The position numbers were made by a program, and so were the translations under genes. Positions 1 to 14,999 of a stretch of DNA of 64,000 nucleotides are shown here, in pieces. The number at the start of each line of letters is the position of its first letter. Positions within the stretch are counted from its first letter, which is position 1. The notes beneath the pieces are model-generated. The model was not told where the DNA came from. It searched no databases and worked only from the letters and a program-made list of their open reading frames with translations. The stretch is from positions 12,400,001 to 12,464,000 of the forward strand of contig CM106585.1 of assembly GCA_048013815.1 (NCBI GenBank), written 5' to 3'. This stretch comes from Setoptus koraiensis (taxonomy: Eukaryota > Animalia > Arthropoda).

Positions 1-1
1 C

Positions 2-475
2 TGGGATGACGTCTATGGTTTTAGTATGACGTGCATAAAAGACATTGCTCTTAGCGAACCATTAGTAGATAATGTTGAATCGAAACAAATAGCTACAAAC
101 AACTTTATCCTCAAAGAAGTCGATTTAAATAGTGTAACAGTAGAAGACTTATCATTTAAAGTCCCTTACAAGCTTATAGTACGTCGTGATGACTATATTC
201 ATGCTTTTGTTACCTTTTTTAATATAGATTTTACTGCATGTCATACCCCAACAGGATTTTCAACATCACCAGAGTCTAGCAAATACACGCATTGGAAACA
301 AACTGTATTCTACTTTCCTAACAATTTGACAGTCCAACGAGGAGAAGAAATCAATGGATTTTTCAAGATAACGCCAAGCACCGCAAATAGACGCGATTTA
401 GATTTTGAAATAGAGATAGACTTTTCTGGTGAAATCTCAAGATTGAAAGCTAAATATTATTATAAGATGCGTTAG
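2..475 (+). CDS. PRMT1: Protein arginine N-methyltransferase 1, C-terminal part (5' truncated by window edge)
   Basis: Frame open from base 2 (WDDVYGFSMTCIK...). Type I PRMT motifs DDYIHAFVTFF, THW loop (YTHWKQTVFY) and terminal YKMR. Confidence 0.93.
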   Translation, partial: WDDVYGFSMTCIKDIALSEPLVDNVESKQIATNNFILKEVDLNSVTVEDLSFKVPYKLIVRRDDYIHAFVTFFNIDFTACHTPTGFSTSPESSKYTHWKQTVFYFPNNLTVQRGEEINGFFKITPSTANRRDLDFEIEIDFSGEISRLKAKYYYKMR

Positions 476-554
476 GGCACTATTAGGAATAAGTGAGAGA
501 AATAATAAAAACATATCTTATAAATAATTCAATACATCAATATGAACTTCCTAA

Positions 555-1079
555 TTAACCCCTTATAAATAAAATGACTGTTCCAACCGCAGTAAGGGCA
601 ACTACAACATAACCACTGATGTAAAGGTGCTTCAATTTAAAACCGTAGCCAGTATCCCAAAAGAGATGCCGAACTCCATTCAGCGTGTGATAAATAAGAC
701 TAGCTCCAATGATTGTCTTTGAACCTAGTATAATCATACCAGGTACATTGTTTTGTATGAGGCTAACCACTTCAGGAAAGCTAATTGATGTACAGAATAG
801 AGCTCCTATTCCTGCTCCATATAAAACGGCACTAGTTCCTACGCCGGTGATTCTATGCATAATAGAGAGGGTAGATGTTAATTGGGGCTTATAAACTGAC
901 AGGTGAGGCGACATAGGTCTATTGAGATCCTTATTCTTCGTCCAGAACTCCTTGTCTCTGATTTCTTGAGTTTTGACTGGGTTCATGGTAAAGCTAGCTG
1001 TTGCCCTTGAGCTCATGACATGGGTTACGGTTTGTCTGCTATACATCTGAGCAAACCGGGTCAATATTAATGATGACAT
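555..1079 (-). CDS. SDHC: Succinate dehydrogenase cytochrome b560 subunit, single exon
   Basis: NRPMSPHLSVYKPQLTSTLSIMHRITG and YHTLNGVRHLFWDTG motifs, three hydrophobic helices, basic N-terminal presequence. Confidence 0.95.
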   Translation of the reverse strand: MSSLILTRFAQMYSRQTVTHVMSSRATASFTMNPVKTQEIRDKEFWTKNKDLNRPMSPHLSVYKPQLTSTLSIMHRITGVGTSAVLYGAGIGALFCTSISFPEVVSLIQNNVPGMIILGSKTIIGASLIYHTLNGVRHLFWDTGYGFKLKHLYISGYVVVALTAVGTVILFIRG

Positions 1080-1897
1080 GTTTGTTTAATGTTAACAATG
1101 AATATCTCAGTCTTTAGTTCGTATGATAAAAGATCGGTACAGGTAGATGTAATTAAGAGATTTTTGTGGTCGAATTAAATAACTATTTCAAGTGCATGTA
1201 GTCGTCCAAGATTTTAGAGTCAACACTAAATCCATCGGTAGAGACGCGCCAGATTCAAAGGTTTTAGCGCCTCTTAGGGAAATCTCCATCTAGACATGAC
1301 TATTATTTACAGCTATTTGTTCGCATAAGCAATCAACTAATCAAGTACTGATGATGAATTTGCACCGAGCTCAAGATTGGAGGTCGATTCTACTGTGTCT
1401 TAAGGGATGTTACATCTAGTTGACACATTCATAAGTCGCATCTTCTCTTTCTAGAATTCTGGTATCCCTTCTTCTTTCACTTTTGTCAATCGCTTGCTGG
1501 CGATCGCATGTAGGTAGTACATTTTGTTCTCTCTGATTGTTCTGATGAAACATAGATAACCCTGCTTTCACCTTAATTCATTCATCTTGATCAGATACCA
1601 TTACCGTTGCGGGTTATTGCAACAGTTTCCACGATTTTGAGTCGCCATTCCATGAGTACTAGAACACTGGTATACACAACAACAACGAAAATTTGGGAAC
1701 AAGTACTGCTAAAATATATCATTCGGAGATCAATCATATGAGCCGTCTAGACTGTCTAGAAGTACACCGAGCATGAGTGGCTTGGGTATTCCGATGTGAA
1801 TCCCTCTTCATAAATTGAAATTCACCCGTTTGATTTGAGATACTTTTGCTTGGAATCAAGTTGTGTCCTAGTTATACGAATATTAAGCTCTATTCAT

Positions 1898-1901
<4 letters not shown>

Positions 1902-1951
<50 letters not shown>
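1902..1951. repeat. (AT)n microsatellite
   Basis: Uninterrupted AT dinucleotide run of about 50 bp. Confidence 0.97.
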
Positions 1952-1954
<3 letters not shown>

Positions 1955-2789
1955 GCCATCCAACTGCTAGATCAACATGCTACAGTGGTGTGAGGCATTA
2001 CCAAGGCTAAATTGTTGATCTCAAACTTATGTATGGACAAGTAACATTGCGTAAGAGGCAGACCAATTTCTTGATTAAGACACATGGCTTAAGCTTGCAA
2101 CTGTTTGCATCATCAAGTTGTTACCTGGTGACCATCATTTCTCGGTAATCTTTTCCTACTGGCTATGTTCACGACATTACTAGAACTAACAATTCTGAGA
2201 ACACCATTCTATGATTCATTCATGTCATTATTGGATTTGTGGTTGAAAGTTGTCATCTTAGAAGAGAGCTACAGCCGACTAGGTCCGTCAGTTATACAAG
2301 TCACCTTAAATAACTGACTCTCTGTGACTTAAAGAAGCAAAACAGTTAGACTGCACGCTAATATAAGTAAAAAGTTGCAACAAGAATCTCCTGATGTGCT
2401 TGAGCCAGGCCAAGAGAGGCTATCATAGATAAAGGTTTATATATTCAGAAGCCACATAACAACAGTAAACTAACCTATTTAGATTGCTCTAAGAGGACAA
2501 TTAGCACGTATACAAAAAACTTAGCAAGTATTGTTTAGTCCTGTCCTCGCTAGCTTTACAAACAAACAGAAAAAAATTATTAGCGAACCTCCAAACAGGA
2601 AGACGAATATAACCATTAAAATCACCCTCATTGACACAGAAAAAAATCGTGAACATGGTTAGTTCATAGTGATTACGACGACGAACAACTCACAACAATA
2701 CCTATTTTAGACCAAAGCCCATGATATTCTTTTTTTTTCACACATAATAATATCCAGTCATTATAATTGGTGAATAATCGAATTAAACA

Positions 2790-4448
<1,659 letters not shown>

Positions 4449-5049
4449 TGATCTGATTATGATAGAATCAATCAATCAAACAGCCTCAGTTATTAGCAAG
4501 TAATCGCGCAGATACTTTATTGTTGACTGACTTCAATCGACCATCACATTATTTCGACCAATGGAAACTTGGAGGGTACAAAAGATAGTTTACAGTTGTT
4601 TTTAGTACCACCTATCTACAAGGAGCCTAGTTTACTAACTTAGTTGATTTTAGATATTAACGATTAAATTCTATTTATTTTGTCCAATAATATTAATTAT
4701 TACTGTTGTAATAGTATAGTAATTATTGTTGATAGTAGTAGAGCCAACTGGATTCGCTATACTTCGAAGTTATAAAAAGAAAAAAATTACCGAATCTTAG
4801 CGGATTGTAAGTAAATGTAGAGTAAGGTTATTATCATTAATCTACATTATGTGAGTTCATGCATTGACTTCATCCTTTTTCCGATTTATCAAATCTGAGG
4901 TGATATGGATGGGCAATAGCTTCACGAACAAATTCAATCAGTTTTAACAAGTTTACACAACTAAAAGTTGTTTATGATATGGTGCTTTCCTTGCATATCA
5001 TCGATACCATAGTTAATCATCATTCGAGTAATGGTGGTGACGAAAACAT

Positions 5050-6368
5050 CTAGGTAGTGTCTCGGCTGCTGCTTGCTTGAGGACTTCTACTGGTTAACTG
5101 GCTTTTGATATTGTAATCGTTGTGATTAGAATTTGTTTCGTTTGCTGAGGCCCTACAATCTCTTTTACTATAACATGATCCGCTACTGCTAGCACAACCA
5201 TAGTCTCCAGAGTTAAAATTAGTTTTATTATTTTGATAAGAGTTGGATGACGATGGTGGTGGTGTCTTGGATAAGCTACAACTTGCTGCTGTGGTCGGTG
5301 GTGGTGACGATGACTTTTTGATTCTTTTGTAAGAGCGATTCTCATTTTCTCTCAACCATTCAAGATATGATTCCCGAGCTACTTGTTCTTCTATTGCCTC
5401 ATTTGTCGCTTCCCAATCTGTAGCAAGTAACTTATCTTCTAACATCGCCTTCTCTATCGCATCCTCGTCGGACATTCTTATGGCTTTTTCTAGTAACGAT
5501 TTATCGGCAACTCCAGGGTTATAGGCTGGCAGTCCTAAACCGACACCAATAGTGGCTTTGAATGGATCTACTATCGAATTGTAATGAACACTTCTATGGT
5601 AGCTCAATCTAATGGGTTCACTATCATTCTTTAAACCTTGAAATATATTTATAGGTTCATTGGAGTAATGGTACACTTCGATGGGCCTGTTGAACATTTC
5701 ACTCATTGCCTGTATTTCTATGTGGTTACCATGGCTGTGATTGAGTGACTTGCGCTTCAGATACTCGCCAAAATCTTCTGTAACATATTGTCTGAAATAA
5801 TCTGAATTTTTTGCCTGTGTTGACAAAGGGGACAGGCAGAAGTGGACGAAGGAAAGGGAATGTCTTTACATATAGTGCCCACAAGGAAGATGATAGCAAG
5901 AATCAGATAAATCACGGATCACGATCTACTTACGATATAATCTATACAAAGCTTCCTCAGAACACTGTGCATATCTTGATCCCCGTATATCTGGTCAGCA
6001 ACCGCCCTGAAGAGACATGCCCCATCTTCATCCATTTTCTTAATTACCCAACCTCTTTTATTGATCCTCTTTTCAAACTGTTTCTCTTTTTCCTCATACT
6101 CCTCGTCAGTCCATTGCATATTAAAGGGTCGTCTGTCATGCGTGTGCTCGTCCCCACTGTTGTAGCCAGAATAATCTGCAGATGTCGCATTTGAGGTGGA
6201 ACATTGATTGCTATTTAGATGGTCTACCACTTGATTGTGACTGTGGTTATGTTTGAGGTGTGGCTCATCGTTGTGTTCATCCTTGACTGATTTGGTCTGC
6301 CTAGATTCTGAATCTTGTTGTCTGTCTTTATTTTTCTGGTTAGCCTTCTTTTTGGGCACGATAGTCAT
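5050..6368 (-). CDS. OTUD5: OTU deubiquitinase 5 (DUBA), 2 exons (6368-5934, 5814-5050)
   Basis: N-terminal MTIVPKKK, catalytic [32 protein letters not shown] and [18 protein letters not shown] donor at 5933 and CAG acceptor joining DYI/AKNS in frame. Confidence 0.93.
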
Positions 6369-6389
6369 TTTTGGCCAATCAATAGATCT

Positions 6390-6650
6390 CTCTATATATT
6401 ATAATTATGATATTTGATACTTGAATGTGTGTATATATATGTATATATATATATATATACTTATATATATAAATCTATATATATAAACATATATACATAT
6501 ATGTGTGTAGATATATATATTATATAAAATATTATATAAAATATATATTCACAGATGTATAAGTATCAGGATAGATATGGATGTATGTATATATTTATAT
6601 ATATATTTAGATATATATATATATATAAATATATATGTATTTATATATCT
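6390..6650. repeat. Degenerate AT-dinucleotide low-complexity tract
   Basis: Interrupted (TA)n/(TG)n runs upstream of the OTUD5 start. Confidence 0.85.
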
Positions 6651-7413
6651 GGATGTGGCGTATTTCAAAGGTCAAGTCCAACCTTATGTTGTTGTTGGTG
6701 TAATTAGGTAATATTAATATGGTCGTTTATCGTATTGTGATGATATCAATAATTAGTAATAATAGTATTAATAGCATGTAGATTATAGTTTAATAATGTA
6801 GGAGAATAAAGTAGATTTTCATTTTGTATTTACAGTTCACTATCGATACATTGGATGTACTATGTTGTGCGGTATCTGAGTGATGATCTCAGAAAAAGCG
6901 AGCAGGCTTAGCACTGTGTGCAATAATAAAAATAATACAGTAAACAGACACAACAAACACGGATACTGGAGAGAATTCAAACATACGCATGAGTTTGTCC
7001 TTTGCAAAGAAATGCATTGTATTAAATGTGCAGAGTGGAAGGAGCAAATCACTCGAAAAGAATTGTGGAAGCTACACTGGCCTCACAGTGCATTTTTCAA
7101 AATGAACACTGAAGCCTTAACAGGCACAGATTGTGCGTAAGCACACGCAATCGAAGATTCACTGAGTTAGTTGAGTGCATACGACGAAACCATAGCAAGC
7201 AGCACATAGCAGACTTGTTGAGTGTTCTGTGCTTGTGTGCAGCACATGGTGCTTTACAGGAGTGCAACTTGAACCATTCACTCTGTGTATAGTTCAAGGC
7301 AGTACCACCAGCACTATCCTTATCAACAGCACAAGAAACAACACTACCAGCATCACCAGAGCACCACCGTCAGCGACAACAACAACCACATCAGTAGGAT
7401 CCGCATCCTCCAC

Positions 7414-7878
7414 ATGGCACTCAAAAAATTCACCCTACCTGGCCTAATGGGTGTAGCGGGCACGGCTGGAATGATTATTGGTATCACTGGGCTGCTGTAT
7501 AGACGAATATATGAGAATAAATTGAACAATTCTAAATTTTTGCAAAACGCTGTTAGTGAGATGGCCAAACATGAGGAGGTTGTCAAGTTACTTGGAGGCG
7601 AGTATAAAGTTGGCCTCGTAAACCACAGAGATGATTGGTCCAAGATGGAGAAAACTTCCATGAGACTGAGACTTCCCATTGAGGGCACTGAAAGGAATGC
7701 AAATCTACTCATATACGCATACAGGAATGATACGAAGAGCAACTTTGTTGTTAATAGGATTGAGATGATCTTTGACAAGATTGATAACCGAAGATTACTC
7801 ATTATGGACATACCAAAAGAAATACCAGAAGAGCAAGCTATTGACTCTAAGGAACTTTTATACCTCAAGAAGAAGTGA
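7414..7878 (+). CDS. Probable mitochondrial COA1/Tim21-like inner-membrane protein
   Basis: N-terminal TM helix (GLMGVAGTAGMIIGITGLLY), then a helix (FLQNAVSEMAKHEEVVKLLG) and beta-rich RLRLPIEG...LLIYAYR, as recalled for the Coa1/Tim21 fold. The ORF may start at 7285. Confidence 0.55.
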   Translation: MALKKFTLPGLMGVAGTAGMIIGITGLLYRRIYENKLNNSKFLQNAVSEMAKHEEVVKLLGGEYKVGLVNHRDDWSKMEKTSMRLRLPIEGTERNANLLIYAYRNDTKSNFVVNRIEMIFDKIDNRRLLIMDIPKEIPEEQAIDSKELLYLKKK

Positions 7879-8974
7879 GATGGCCATAGAAACCAGATAA
7901 GAGGAAAAAAAATGATCGTGTGTCGATGTGCTTGCCCGTGAGGACTCGACCACGTTCGTTCTTGTGTTTCATCCTTGTCAAGGGAACGGCTGAGCTTCTC
8001 TCCTCCTATTCAACACAAACAGTGAGGCACTTCCCTGTCCTTATATATACGTACTTTTGTTGGTGACCACTCAAAAGCAGCCCCCTCGCTTGACCCAGAT
8101 GAGTTTTACGCTCGGATCAAGACCTCGATCTCAGTGAATGTGTCTTCTTGTGCACGGCCCCATCAAATGTGGACAAACTATTCATTCGAAATTAATCTGC
8201 AATCACTATATTATTGTGTTGCATATAAATCTTGTCAAATTCAGAGCTCAAAAATCTTCAGCTACTCAGTGGTCCCCATTGTAGTTCATAGAAGCCCAGA
8301 TATATGTATGTAGAGCACCTCAGAGTTTTAGGTGGGCCACTCCGTAAAGAAAAACAAAAAAGAACTGGTTCAAAAGTGGCGCCTTACGTCTTGCATCACT
8401 TGCGCACACTCTCACTTTGCGAATCGGCGGACCATTTTCGTGTTGTTGATCTTCATTCGGCTTCATTCGTGCTTGTGTGAGCGTGCTGTCAGCGCTGATC
8501 TTTTACAGCGAGCCGATAGAGAATTGCGCGAATTAATGCGCACTCATAATGGACTTTATCCGCTGATTATTGTTCTTTATTTATGTAAGTTGCCAATTTG
8601 AGCGGTCGTCGCACAATGAGCGGTCGATGCGTTCGCTCGTTAATGAGTATCTGTGTGTGAGTGTGAATATATTTTAGTGAATGTTTCCATCTCTTATTTC
8701 ACGGTTCTTTTGCCATCTTCTTCACCAGAGTGCGTGTTCTTTACAATCTGCACCACAACCATATTACTCTTATTATTACTATTTATTATTGCCACTACTT
8801 CAATTATATCATTGTAATCATTTTTATTTCCAATATTATTGATATTATATTAACAACAACAATATTTATGCCAAATACAATTGAGATAACTAATTTAGGC
8901 GCCATAGCAGGAGACAATAATTCGAAGTTAGCTTCGCAATTATAATTAATATCGATTGAAACGTCGCAGTCAGC

Positions 8975-11900
8975 ATGGCTAACATTGTTACCAGCGACTC
9001 TAAGGCGCCCGTACGCGACCCAAAACGCGTTCAATTTGGTATTTTAAATCCGGATGAAATTCGGCAAATGTCCGTCACTGAGGGAGGTATACAATATCCA
9101 GAAATCTATGAGAATGGTAGACCGAAATTGGGCGGCCTCATGGATCCGCGTCAAGGCGTTATTGATCGTGCTTCAAGATGCCAAACATGCGCTGGTAATT
9201 TATCCGAATGCAGTGGCCACTTTGGTCATCTAGATTTAGCCAAACCTGTCTATCACGTGGGCTTCATACCTAAAACAATCAAGGTCATGCGATGTGTGTG
9301 CTTTTATTGCTCAAAAATGCTAGTTTCACCATCGAATCCAAAAGTCAAAGAAGTTGTCAATGATACGAGGGGTAATCCCAGAAAACGTTTGACAATGATC
9401 TATGATCTATGCAAAAGTAAGACCATTTGTGAGGGCGGCGAAGATATAGATCAGTTAAAATCTCAGGTGGACCAATTCAACAGTGTAGATATCGGTAAAA
9501 CAGAGGAAGATGAGAAGAAGAAATTGGCTCATGGCGGTTGTGGCCGAGTTCAACCATCTATTAGACGAGCAGGTCTTGAATTGACCGCTCAATGGAAAAC
9601 AACAAATGAAGATACCCAGGAACGAAAGATTGATCTTACCGCTGAACGTGTCTGGGAGATCTTCAAGCATATTAGTGATGAAGAATGCGCTATTCTCGGT
9701 ATGGATCCCAGATACGCCCGTCCAGATTGGATGATATGCACTGTATTGCCCGTACCACCATTAGCGGTTCGACCAGCAGTTGTTATGTTTGGTTCGGCTA
9801 AGAATCAAGACGATTTAACACACAAGCTATCTGACATTGTTAAATGTAATAATGAGTTAAAGCGAAATGAGTTGTCAGGGGCAGCAGCGCACATCATTGC
9901 CGAAAACATTAAAATGTTACAATATCATGTTGCTACGTTGATAGATAACGAAATACCTGGAGTGCCGAAGGCCCAACAGAAGTCTGGTAGACCCCTGAAA
10001 TCTATTAAGCAGAGACTCAAGAGTAAAGAGGGTAGAATCCGTGGTAATCTCATGGGAAAGCGTGTGGATTTCTCTGCCCGTACAGTCATCACACCAGACC
10101 CAAATTTACGTATTGACGAAGTAGGAGTGCCCAAATCTATAGCACAAAATCTGACCTTTCCAGAAATTGTTACTCCATATAACTTGAACAAAATGCGTGA
10201 ATTGGTCATGAAAGGAAACAACCAGTACCCTGGCGCTAAGTATATCATCCGTGATAATGGTGAACGTATCGATTTACGTTTCCATCCTAAAAGTTCTGAT
10301 ATTCATGTACAAGTCGGATACAAAGTAGAACGACACATTTGCAGTGGAGATATCATAGTTTTTAATCGTCAACCAACTTTACACAAAATGTCCATGATGG
10401 GTCACAGAATACGCGTGCTCCCATGGTCCACATTTCGATTGAACCTCAGTTGTACATCACCTTACAATGCAGATTTTGATGGAGATGAAATGAATCTGCA
10501 TGTTCCGCAATCTTTGGAGACTCGGGCAGAAATAGAGCAGCTAGCTATGGTGCCCAGATTGATTGTCACCCCCCAAAACAACAAACCGGTCATGGGTATA
10601 GTGCAAGATACTCTATGTGCTGTCCGTAAGATGACCAAGCGCGATGTGTTCCTAACTTCTGAACAAATGATGAATTTACTTATGTTCCTGCCAATCTGGG
10701 ATGGGAAAATGCCGATGCCTGCCATTATCAAACCAAAACCTTTATGGACAGGAAAGCAGTTATTTTCCATGATAATTCCCGGCAACGTCAATCTCGTGCG
10801 TTACCACTCTACCCACGACGAAAAAGAAGATGATCTCTACAGGTGGTTAACAGTGGCAGACACTAAGGTTCTTATAGAGCACGGAGAACTGCTCAGTGGT
10901 ATAGTATGTTCCAAGACAGTTGGTGCCGCTAGTGGCTCATTGCTTCATGTTGTTTTTAACGAACTGGGTCATGAGATCGCTGGAGCATTTTATGGTCATA
11001 TTCAAACCGTTGTGAACAACTGGCTTCTTCTTGAGGGCCATACAATTGGTATAGGTGACACGATCGCAGATCCAGCTACTTATGAAGATATTCAGGACAC
11101 GATCAGAAAAGCGAAACAAAATGTCATAGAAGTCATTCAAAAAGCCCACAAGAAAGGTTTAGAGCCAACTCCTGGTAATACTTTGCGACAGACATTCGAA
11201 AATCAAGTGAACAGAATACTTAATGACGCGAGGGATAAGACTGGAGCATCGGCTCAGCGCTCGCTGTCTGAGTATAACAACTTCAAATCTATGGTCGTCG
11301 CTGGTTCTAAAGGTTCTAAGATCAATATATCTCAAGTTATTGCATGTGTGGGACAACAAAACGTTGAAGGTAAACGTATTCCCTTCGGTTTTAGAAAGCG
11401 CACATTACCTCATTTCATCAAAGATGATTATGGGCCGGAAAGTAGGGGTTTTGTGGAGAACTCTTATTTAGCTGGATTGAATCCATCTGAGTTTTTCTTC
11501 CACTCTATGGGAGGTCGCGAGGGATTGATTGATACCGCTGTCAAAACAGCCGAAACTGGATATATTCAGCGTCGTCTCATAAAGGCCATGGAGAGTGTAT
11601 CTGTAACTTATGATGGCACAGTTCGAAATTCTAATGGTCAAGTCATTCAACTGAGGTATGGAGAAGACGGTCTAGATGGTGCTAGCGTGGAATTTCAGAA
11701 TCTACCTACTTTGCGTCCGTCTAACGCAGCTTTCGAAGAATGTTACAAATTTGACACCAGCAATGATCGGCATCTAAAGAGAATCTTCCAGGACGAGGTA
11801 GTTCGAGAAATTCTTGGCCGAGGAACTATTGAGCTAGAAAGAGAGTGGGAAAGACTAAAGAAGGATAGAGAAACCATAAGATCCATATTTCCTACCGGTG

Positions 11901-14431
11901 ACCAGAATGTCGTTCTACCCTGTAATTTAAAGCGTCTTATAGAGAATTCTCAGAAGATTTTCCATGTCAACCCAAGAGCCCTAACTGATCTTAGCCCTCT
12001 GCGAGTCGTAGAGGGTGTTGAAGAATTAGTTAAAAAATTGATAATCGTGCCTGGTGAAGATAGGCTGAGTGTACAAGCCAACGAAAATGCAACTATTCTA
12101 TTCAAATCCCTTATTAGATCCACACTTTGTACAAAAAGAGTTGCCGAAGAGTTTAGGCTTACAACCGAAGCTTTCGAATGGTTACTCGGTGAAATCGAGG
12201 CTAGATTTCAACAAGCTCAAGTTCAGCCTGGAGAGATGGTTGGAGCTCTTGCAGCACAATCTCTGGGTGAGCCTGCTACTCAGATGACGCTCAATACTTT
12301 CCATTATGCTGGTGTGTCAGCCAAAAATGTCACACTTGGTGTGCCTCGTCTCAAAGAAATTATAAACATTTCCAAGAAGCCTAAGACTCCCTCTTTGACA
12401 GTATTCCTAACGGGCGCTGCGGCCAGAGATGCCGAAAAAGCCAAAGATGTACTATGCAGGCTAGAGCATACTACTCTAAGAAAGGTTACTGCCAATACAG
12501 CCATCTACTATGATCCAAATCCTCAGGAATCTGTAATTATGGAGGACCGAGAGTTCGTCAAGATTTACTACGAGATGCCTGACTTTGATACTTCGCGTAT
12601 CTCACCCTGGCTCCTTCGTATTGAACTCGACAGGAAACGTATGACTGATAAGAAACTTACCATGGAACAAATAGCTGATAAGATTAACCTCGGATTCGGC
12701 GAAGACTTGAATTGTATTTTTAATGACGACAATGCTGAAAAACTTGTCTTACGAATCAGAATAATGAACAGTGACGACAAAATGACAGAAGAAGAAGAAC
12801 AATCTGTAGATAGAATGGAAGATGACGTTTTCTTGCGCTGTATTGAGGCTAGCATGCTAAGTGACATCACGCTCCAAGGAATAGAATCAATCGCGAAAGT
12901 ATACATGCATCTACCAACTACAGAAAATAAGAAGCGCATAATAATAACAGACACCGGAGACTACAAAGCTCTTGCCGAATGGATTCTTGAAACAGACGGC
13001 ACTAGTCTTATGCGAGTTTTGTCGGAACAAGATGTGGACCCAATCAGAACATATTCCAATGATATTTGTGAGATTGTCAGTGTTCTCGGTATAGAAGCAG
13101 TGAGAAAGGCTGTCGAGAAGGAAATGAATCATGTCATTTCTTTCGACGGATCCTACGTAAATTACAGGCATCTTGCTTTACTCTGTGATGTTATGACAGC
13201 GAAAGGGCATCTTATGGCAATAACAAGGCACGGTATCAATAGACAGGATGTTGGTGCCCTAATGCGATGCTCTTTTGAGGAAACTGTTGATGTACTTATC
13301 GACGCGGCTGCTCATGCTGAATTAGACCCTCTTAAAGGAGTATCAGAGAATATTATTATGGGTCAGTTGTCGAGTATCGGCACAGGTTGTTTAGGAATGT
13401 TATTAGATCCTGAACAATGTAAGGAGGGTATAGAAATACCTCTCAACGATGACGGAACTGAAGACCTATTTGGTGATATTGCCTATGGTCCTTCCCCCGG
13501 AGGAATGACTCCATATTCTCAAGGTACACCTGCTTATAATCAAGGTGGTTGGTCACCAGACGGTGGCATGACTCCCAGTGCAGCAGGATTCTCGCCGTCG
13601 CCTTCAGAGCTGATGAGTCCTGCTTGGTCATCGCCTGGATCACCTGCTTCTCCAGGTGGACGTTCGCTCGCGGCAAGCCCTGCTTATGGAGGAGCCTCTC
13701 CAAACTACTCACCATCGTCTCCAGCCTACGGTGCAGATTATGGAACATCTCCTGGATATTCACCTACTTCACCAGCTCTATCGCCGGCTTCGCCAAGTTA
13801 TCAGCCAACTTCGCCTAACTACTCACCGACGTCACCATCATATTCTCCTACGTCACCTTCCTATAGCCCAACATCACCCAACTATTCGCCGACCTCGCCA
13901 CGATATTCACCCACATCTCCTAATTACTCTCCGACGTCCCCCAATTATTCCCCAACTTCACCCAACTATTCACCGACCTCGCCATCTTATTCACCGGCAT
14001 CACCCTCTTACAGTCCAACATCACCTAGTTATACACCAGCATCACCTTCTTATTCTCCTTCCTCACCATCATATGGACCGTCATCGCCGTCATATTCCCC
14101 TTCCTCACCATCCTACAGCCCAACATCACCGAATTACTCCCCTACTTCACCCCGGTACTCGCCCTCATCCCCCAACTACTCACCGACGTCACCTAACTAC
14201 TCTGCAACTTCACCAAATTATTCACCAACATCGCCGTCCTATTCTCCAGCTTCACCCTCCTACAGTCCTACATCACCTAGTTATTCACCGGCATCACCCT
14301 CTTATTCACCGTCGTCACCATCATACGGACCGTCATCGCCATCTTATTCTCCTTCATCGCCATCCTACAGTCCGACATCACCAAATTATTCGCCAACTTC
14401 GCCACGATACTCGCCCAATCAAAGAAAATAA
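8975..14431 (+). CDS. RPB1: RNA polymerase II largest subunit, intronless, 1818 aa
   Basis: [10 protein letters not shown] catalytic motif, Zn clamp CQTC...CSGHFGH, bridge helix [15 protein letters not shown], heptad CTD. Confidence 0.99.
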   Translation: MANIVTSDSKAPVRDPKRVQFGILNPDEIRQMSVTEGGIQYPEIYENGRPKLGGLMDPRQGVIDRASRCQTCAGNLSECSGHFGHLDLAKPVYHVGFIPKTIKVMRCVCFYCSKMLVSPSNPKVKEVVNDTRGNPRKRLTMIYDLCKSKTICEGGEDIDQLKSQVDQFNSVDIGKTEEDEKKKLAHGGCGRVQPSIRRAGLELTAQWKTTNEDTQERKIDLTAERVWEIFKHISDEECAILGMDPRYARPDWMICTVLPVPPLAVRPAVVMFGSAKNQDDLTHKLSDIVKCNNELKRNELSGAAAHIIAENIKMLQYHVATLIDNEIPGVPKAQQKSGRPLKSIKQRLKSKEGRIRGNLMGKRVDFSARTVITPDPNLRIDEVGVPKSIAQNLTFPEIVTPYNLNKMRELVMKGNNQYPGAKYIIRDNGERIDLRFHPKSSDIHVQVGYKVERHICSGDIIVFNRQPTLHKMSMMGHRIRVLPWSTFRLNLSCTSPYNADFDGDEMNLHVPQSLETRAEIEQLAMVPRLIVTPQNNKPVMGIVQDTLCAVRKMTKRDVFLTSEQMMNLLMFLPIWDGKMPMPAIIKPKPLWTGKQLFSMIIPGNVNLVRYHSTHDEKEDDLYRWLTVADTKVLIEHGELLSGIVCSKTVGAASGSLLHVVFNELGHEIAGAFYGHIQTVVNNWLLLEGHTIGIGDTIADPATYEDIQDTIRKAKQNVIEVIQKAHKKGLEPTPGNTLRQTFENQVNRILNDARDKTGASAQRSLSEYNNFKSMVVAGSKGSKINISQVIACVGQQNVEGKRIPFGFRKRTLPHFIKDDYGPESRGFVENSYLAGLNPSEFFFHSMGGREGLIDTAVKTAETGYIQRRLIKAMESVSVTYDGTVRNSNGQVIQLRYGEDGLDGASVEFQNLPTLRPSNAAFEECYKFDTSNDRHLKRIFQDEVVREILGRGTIELEREWERLKKDRETIRSIFPTGDQNVVLPCNLKRLIENSQKIFHVNPRALTDLSPLRVVEGVEELVKKLIIVPGEDRLSVQANENATILFKSLIRSTLCTKRVAEEFRLTTEAFEWLLGEIEARFQQAQVQPGEMVGALAAQSLGEPATQMTLNTFHYAGVSAKNVTLGVPRLKEIINISKKPKTPSLTVFLTGAAARDAEKAKDVLCRLEHTTLRKVTANTAIYYDPNPQESVIMEDREFVKIYYEMPDFDTSRISPWLLRIELDRKRMTDKKLTMEQIADKINLGFGEDLNCIFNDDNAEKLVLRIRIMNSDDKMTEEEEQSVDRMEDDVFLRCIEASMLSDITLQGIESIAKVYMHLPTTENKKRIIITDTGDYKALAEWILETDGTSLMRVLSEQDVDPIRTYSNDICEIVSVLGIEAVRKAVEKEMNHVISFDGSYVNYRHLALLCDVMTAKGHLMAITRHGINRQDVGALMRCSFEETVDVLIDAAAHAELDPLKGVSENIIMGQLSSIGTGCLGMLLDPEQCKEGIEIPLNDDGTEDLFGDIAYGPSPGGMTPYSQGTPAYNQGGWSPDGGMTPSAAGFSPSPSELMSPAWSSPGSPASPGGRSLAASPAYGGASPNYSPSSPAYGADYGTSPGYSPTSPALSPASPSYQPTSPNYSPTSPSYSPTSPSYSPTSPNYSPTSPRYSPTSPNYSPTSPNYSPTSPNYSPTSPSYSPASPSYSPTSPSYTPASPSYSPSSPSYGPSSPSYSPSSPSYSPTSPNYSPTSPRYSPSSPNYSPTSPNYSATSPNYSPTSPSYSPASPSYSPTSPSYSPASPSYSPSSPSYGPSSPSYSPSSPSYSPTSPNYSPTSPRYSPNQRK
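13757..14428 (+). repeat. RPB1 CTD: 32 contiguous heptads (consensus YSPTSPS/N)
   Basis: 21-bp period in frame, from YSPTSPA (13757) to YSPNQRK. A few degenerate heptads lie upstream. Confidence 0.97.
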
Positions 14432-14999
14432 GTTGTAAATATAGCAAATTATATCTATTAAAAGGCATAAAGATCCCGGACCAACTTGAATCATTTTCAT
14501 GAAACTGTGGTTGCCCCTCTCTTTTCATCATTTATCTGCAGCGTCTGTTTCTGAGTTTAGAGCAGTTTTATTCATGTAAATATCTCTACTGACAACATTA
14601 TAGTAACGGCTTATGAAAGTGTATTTGTTTATGTCTAATGGAAAACTTTCAAGTTTTTTGATTGCCCGGGGTGACACTATGCAAACATACATCTTTTAAA
14701 CGATGATCATGCTTTGTAAAATGCCGCATCATCTAATCTCTTGCATCGTTTTTTTTTCGAGAATATGGTTTTTCTGCTTTTCGGACTGCACTCCTAGTAG
14801 ATGTACTTTTGAGTACTTCTCATGTCGTTTATTTTCATTTTGCCATTTCATCTCATTTCTACCGTTTCATTCACATAACTGTTAGTTGCATACAAGTTAT
14901 TAAGCTCTTTGAAATAAAATAATAATATAATGTGTATATCGGTGCGTAGGATTTGCTCGCTCACTCGTCGTTGGTGGTGCTGACAGATAGTTGATTGTG

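Noticed and set aside
6862-7140. Possible selenoprotein: ATG at 6862 reads MLCGI-TGA-VMISEK..., a CxxU-like motif in frame with the 86-aa ORF
   Set aside because: No recognisable thioredoxin-fold or other homology and no SECIS identified. Most likely a chance TGA in UTR or intergenic sequence.
13656-14438. 260-aa His/Arg/Leu-rich ORF
   Set aside because: Alternative-frame shadow of the RPB1 CTD repeat.
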